NCBI GenBank assembly: GCA_963708025.1 | Contig: CAVPSB010000032.1 | Coordinates: 64,001 to 128,000 of the forward strand | Source of the DNA: an uncultured Candidatus Rokubacteria bacterium | GTDB lineage: Bacteria > Methylomirabilota > Methylomirabilia > Rokubacteriales > DASRDR01 | DNA length: 64,000 nt | Direction: 5' to 3' | Shown here: positions 63,714-64,000 of the stretch, in pieces | Numbering within the stretch: position 1 is the stretch's first letter | How the letters are laid out: every line of letters starts with the position of its first letter | Translations under genes and position numbers: made by a program | The notes under the pieces: model-generated | Seen by the model: the letters and a program-made list of their open reading frames with translations, nothing else | The model's database searches: none | What the model was told of the DNA's origin: nothing

Positions 63714-64000
63714 TCAGCTCGCCACCGCGGCCAGCGCCGCTCGCAAGTCCACCGCTCCCGTGTAGAGCGCGCGGCCGACGATGGCGCCGGCGATCCCCGG
63801 GATGGCGGCCAGCCGGACCAGGTCCTCCACCGCCGCCACGCCGCCCGAGGCGATGACGGGCAGCCCAGCGCTCGCCGCGAGCGCCGCGGTCGCCGCGAGA
63901 TTCGGCCCCCGCCCGGTCCCGTCCCGGCGCACGTCGGTGTAGATGACGCCGACCGCCCCCGCCCCCTCTGCGCGGCGGGCGAGGTCGAGGGCAGTCAGCG
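63714..64000 (-). CDS. hisA: HisA, 3' part (truncated by window)
   Basis: [26 protein letters not shown]; upstream of hisF. Confidence 0.92.
   Translation of the reverse strand, partial: LTALDLARRAEGAGAVGVIYTDVRRDGTGRGPNLAATAALAASAGLPVIASGGVAAVEDLVRLAAIPGIAGAIVGRALYTGAVDLRAALAAVAS

Overview
High-GC bacterial chromosomal window, nearly all genes on the minus strand. Gene content suggests a Rokubacteria/Methylomirabilota-like organism, but that is inference. In order: (1) an A1-type aa3 cytochrome c oxidase operon, preceded by a CydA-like (no cydB) + diheme + triheme cytochrome c + cupredoxin-like cluster; (2) a scrambled livH/livF remnant, trxA, thiL, two CNNM/CBS membrane proteins and a dienelactone hydrolase; (3) the full alpha-spc-S10-str-rpoBC-rplKAJL-nusG-secE-tufB superoperon with 5 tRNAs; (4) rlmB-cysS-ispDF-PIN/TRAM-radA, mlaDFE, a lipoprotein and hisIE/F/A. 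The most unusual signals are an RNA polymerase alpha subunit that is divergent and lacks its C-terminal domain, and a dense, nested set of dispersed palindromic elements. Family A has about 10 copies of ~180-220 bp with co-varying stems, most abutting stop codons inside the ribosomal operons. A GGCC-GNA-GGCC mini-hairpin module occurs in variable number within three host repeat families. Three apparent 1-bp frameshifts (tufB, radA, mlaE start) most likely reflect assembly error. No CRISPR array, rRNA or transposase gene was seen.
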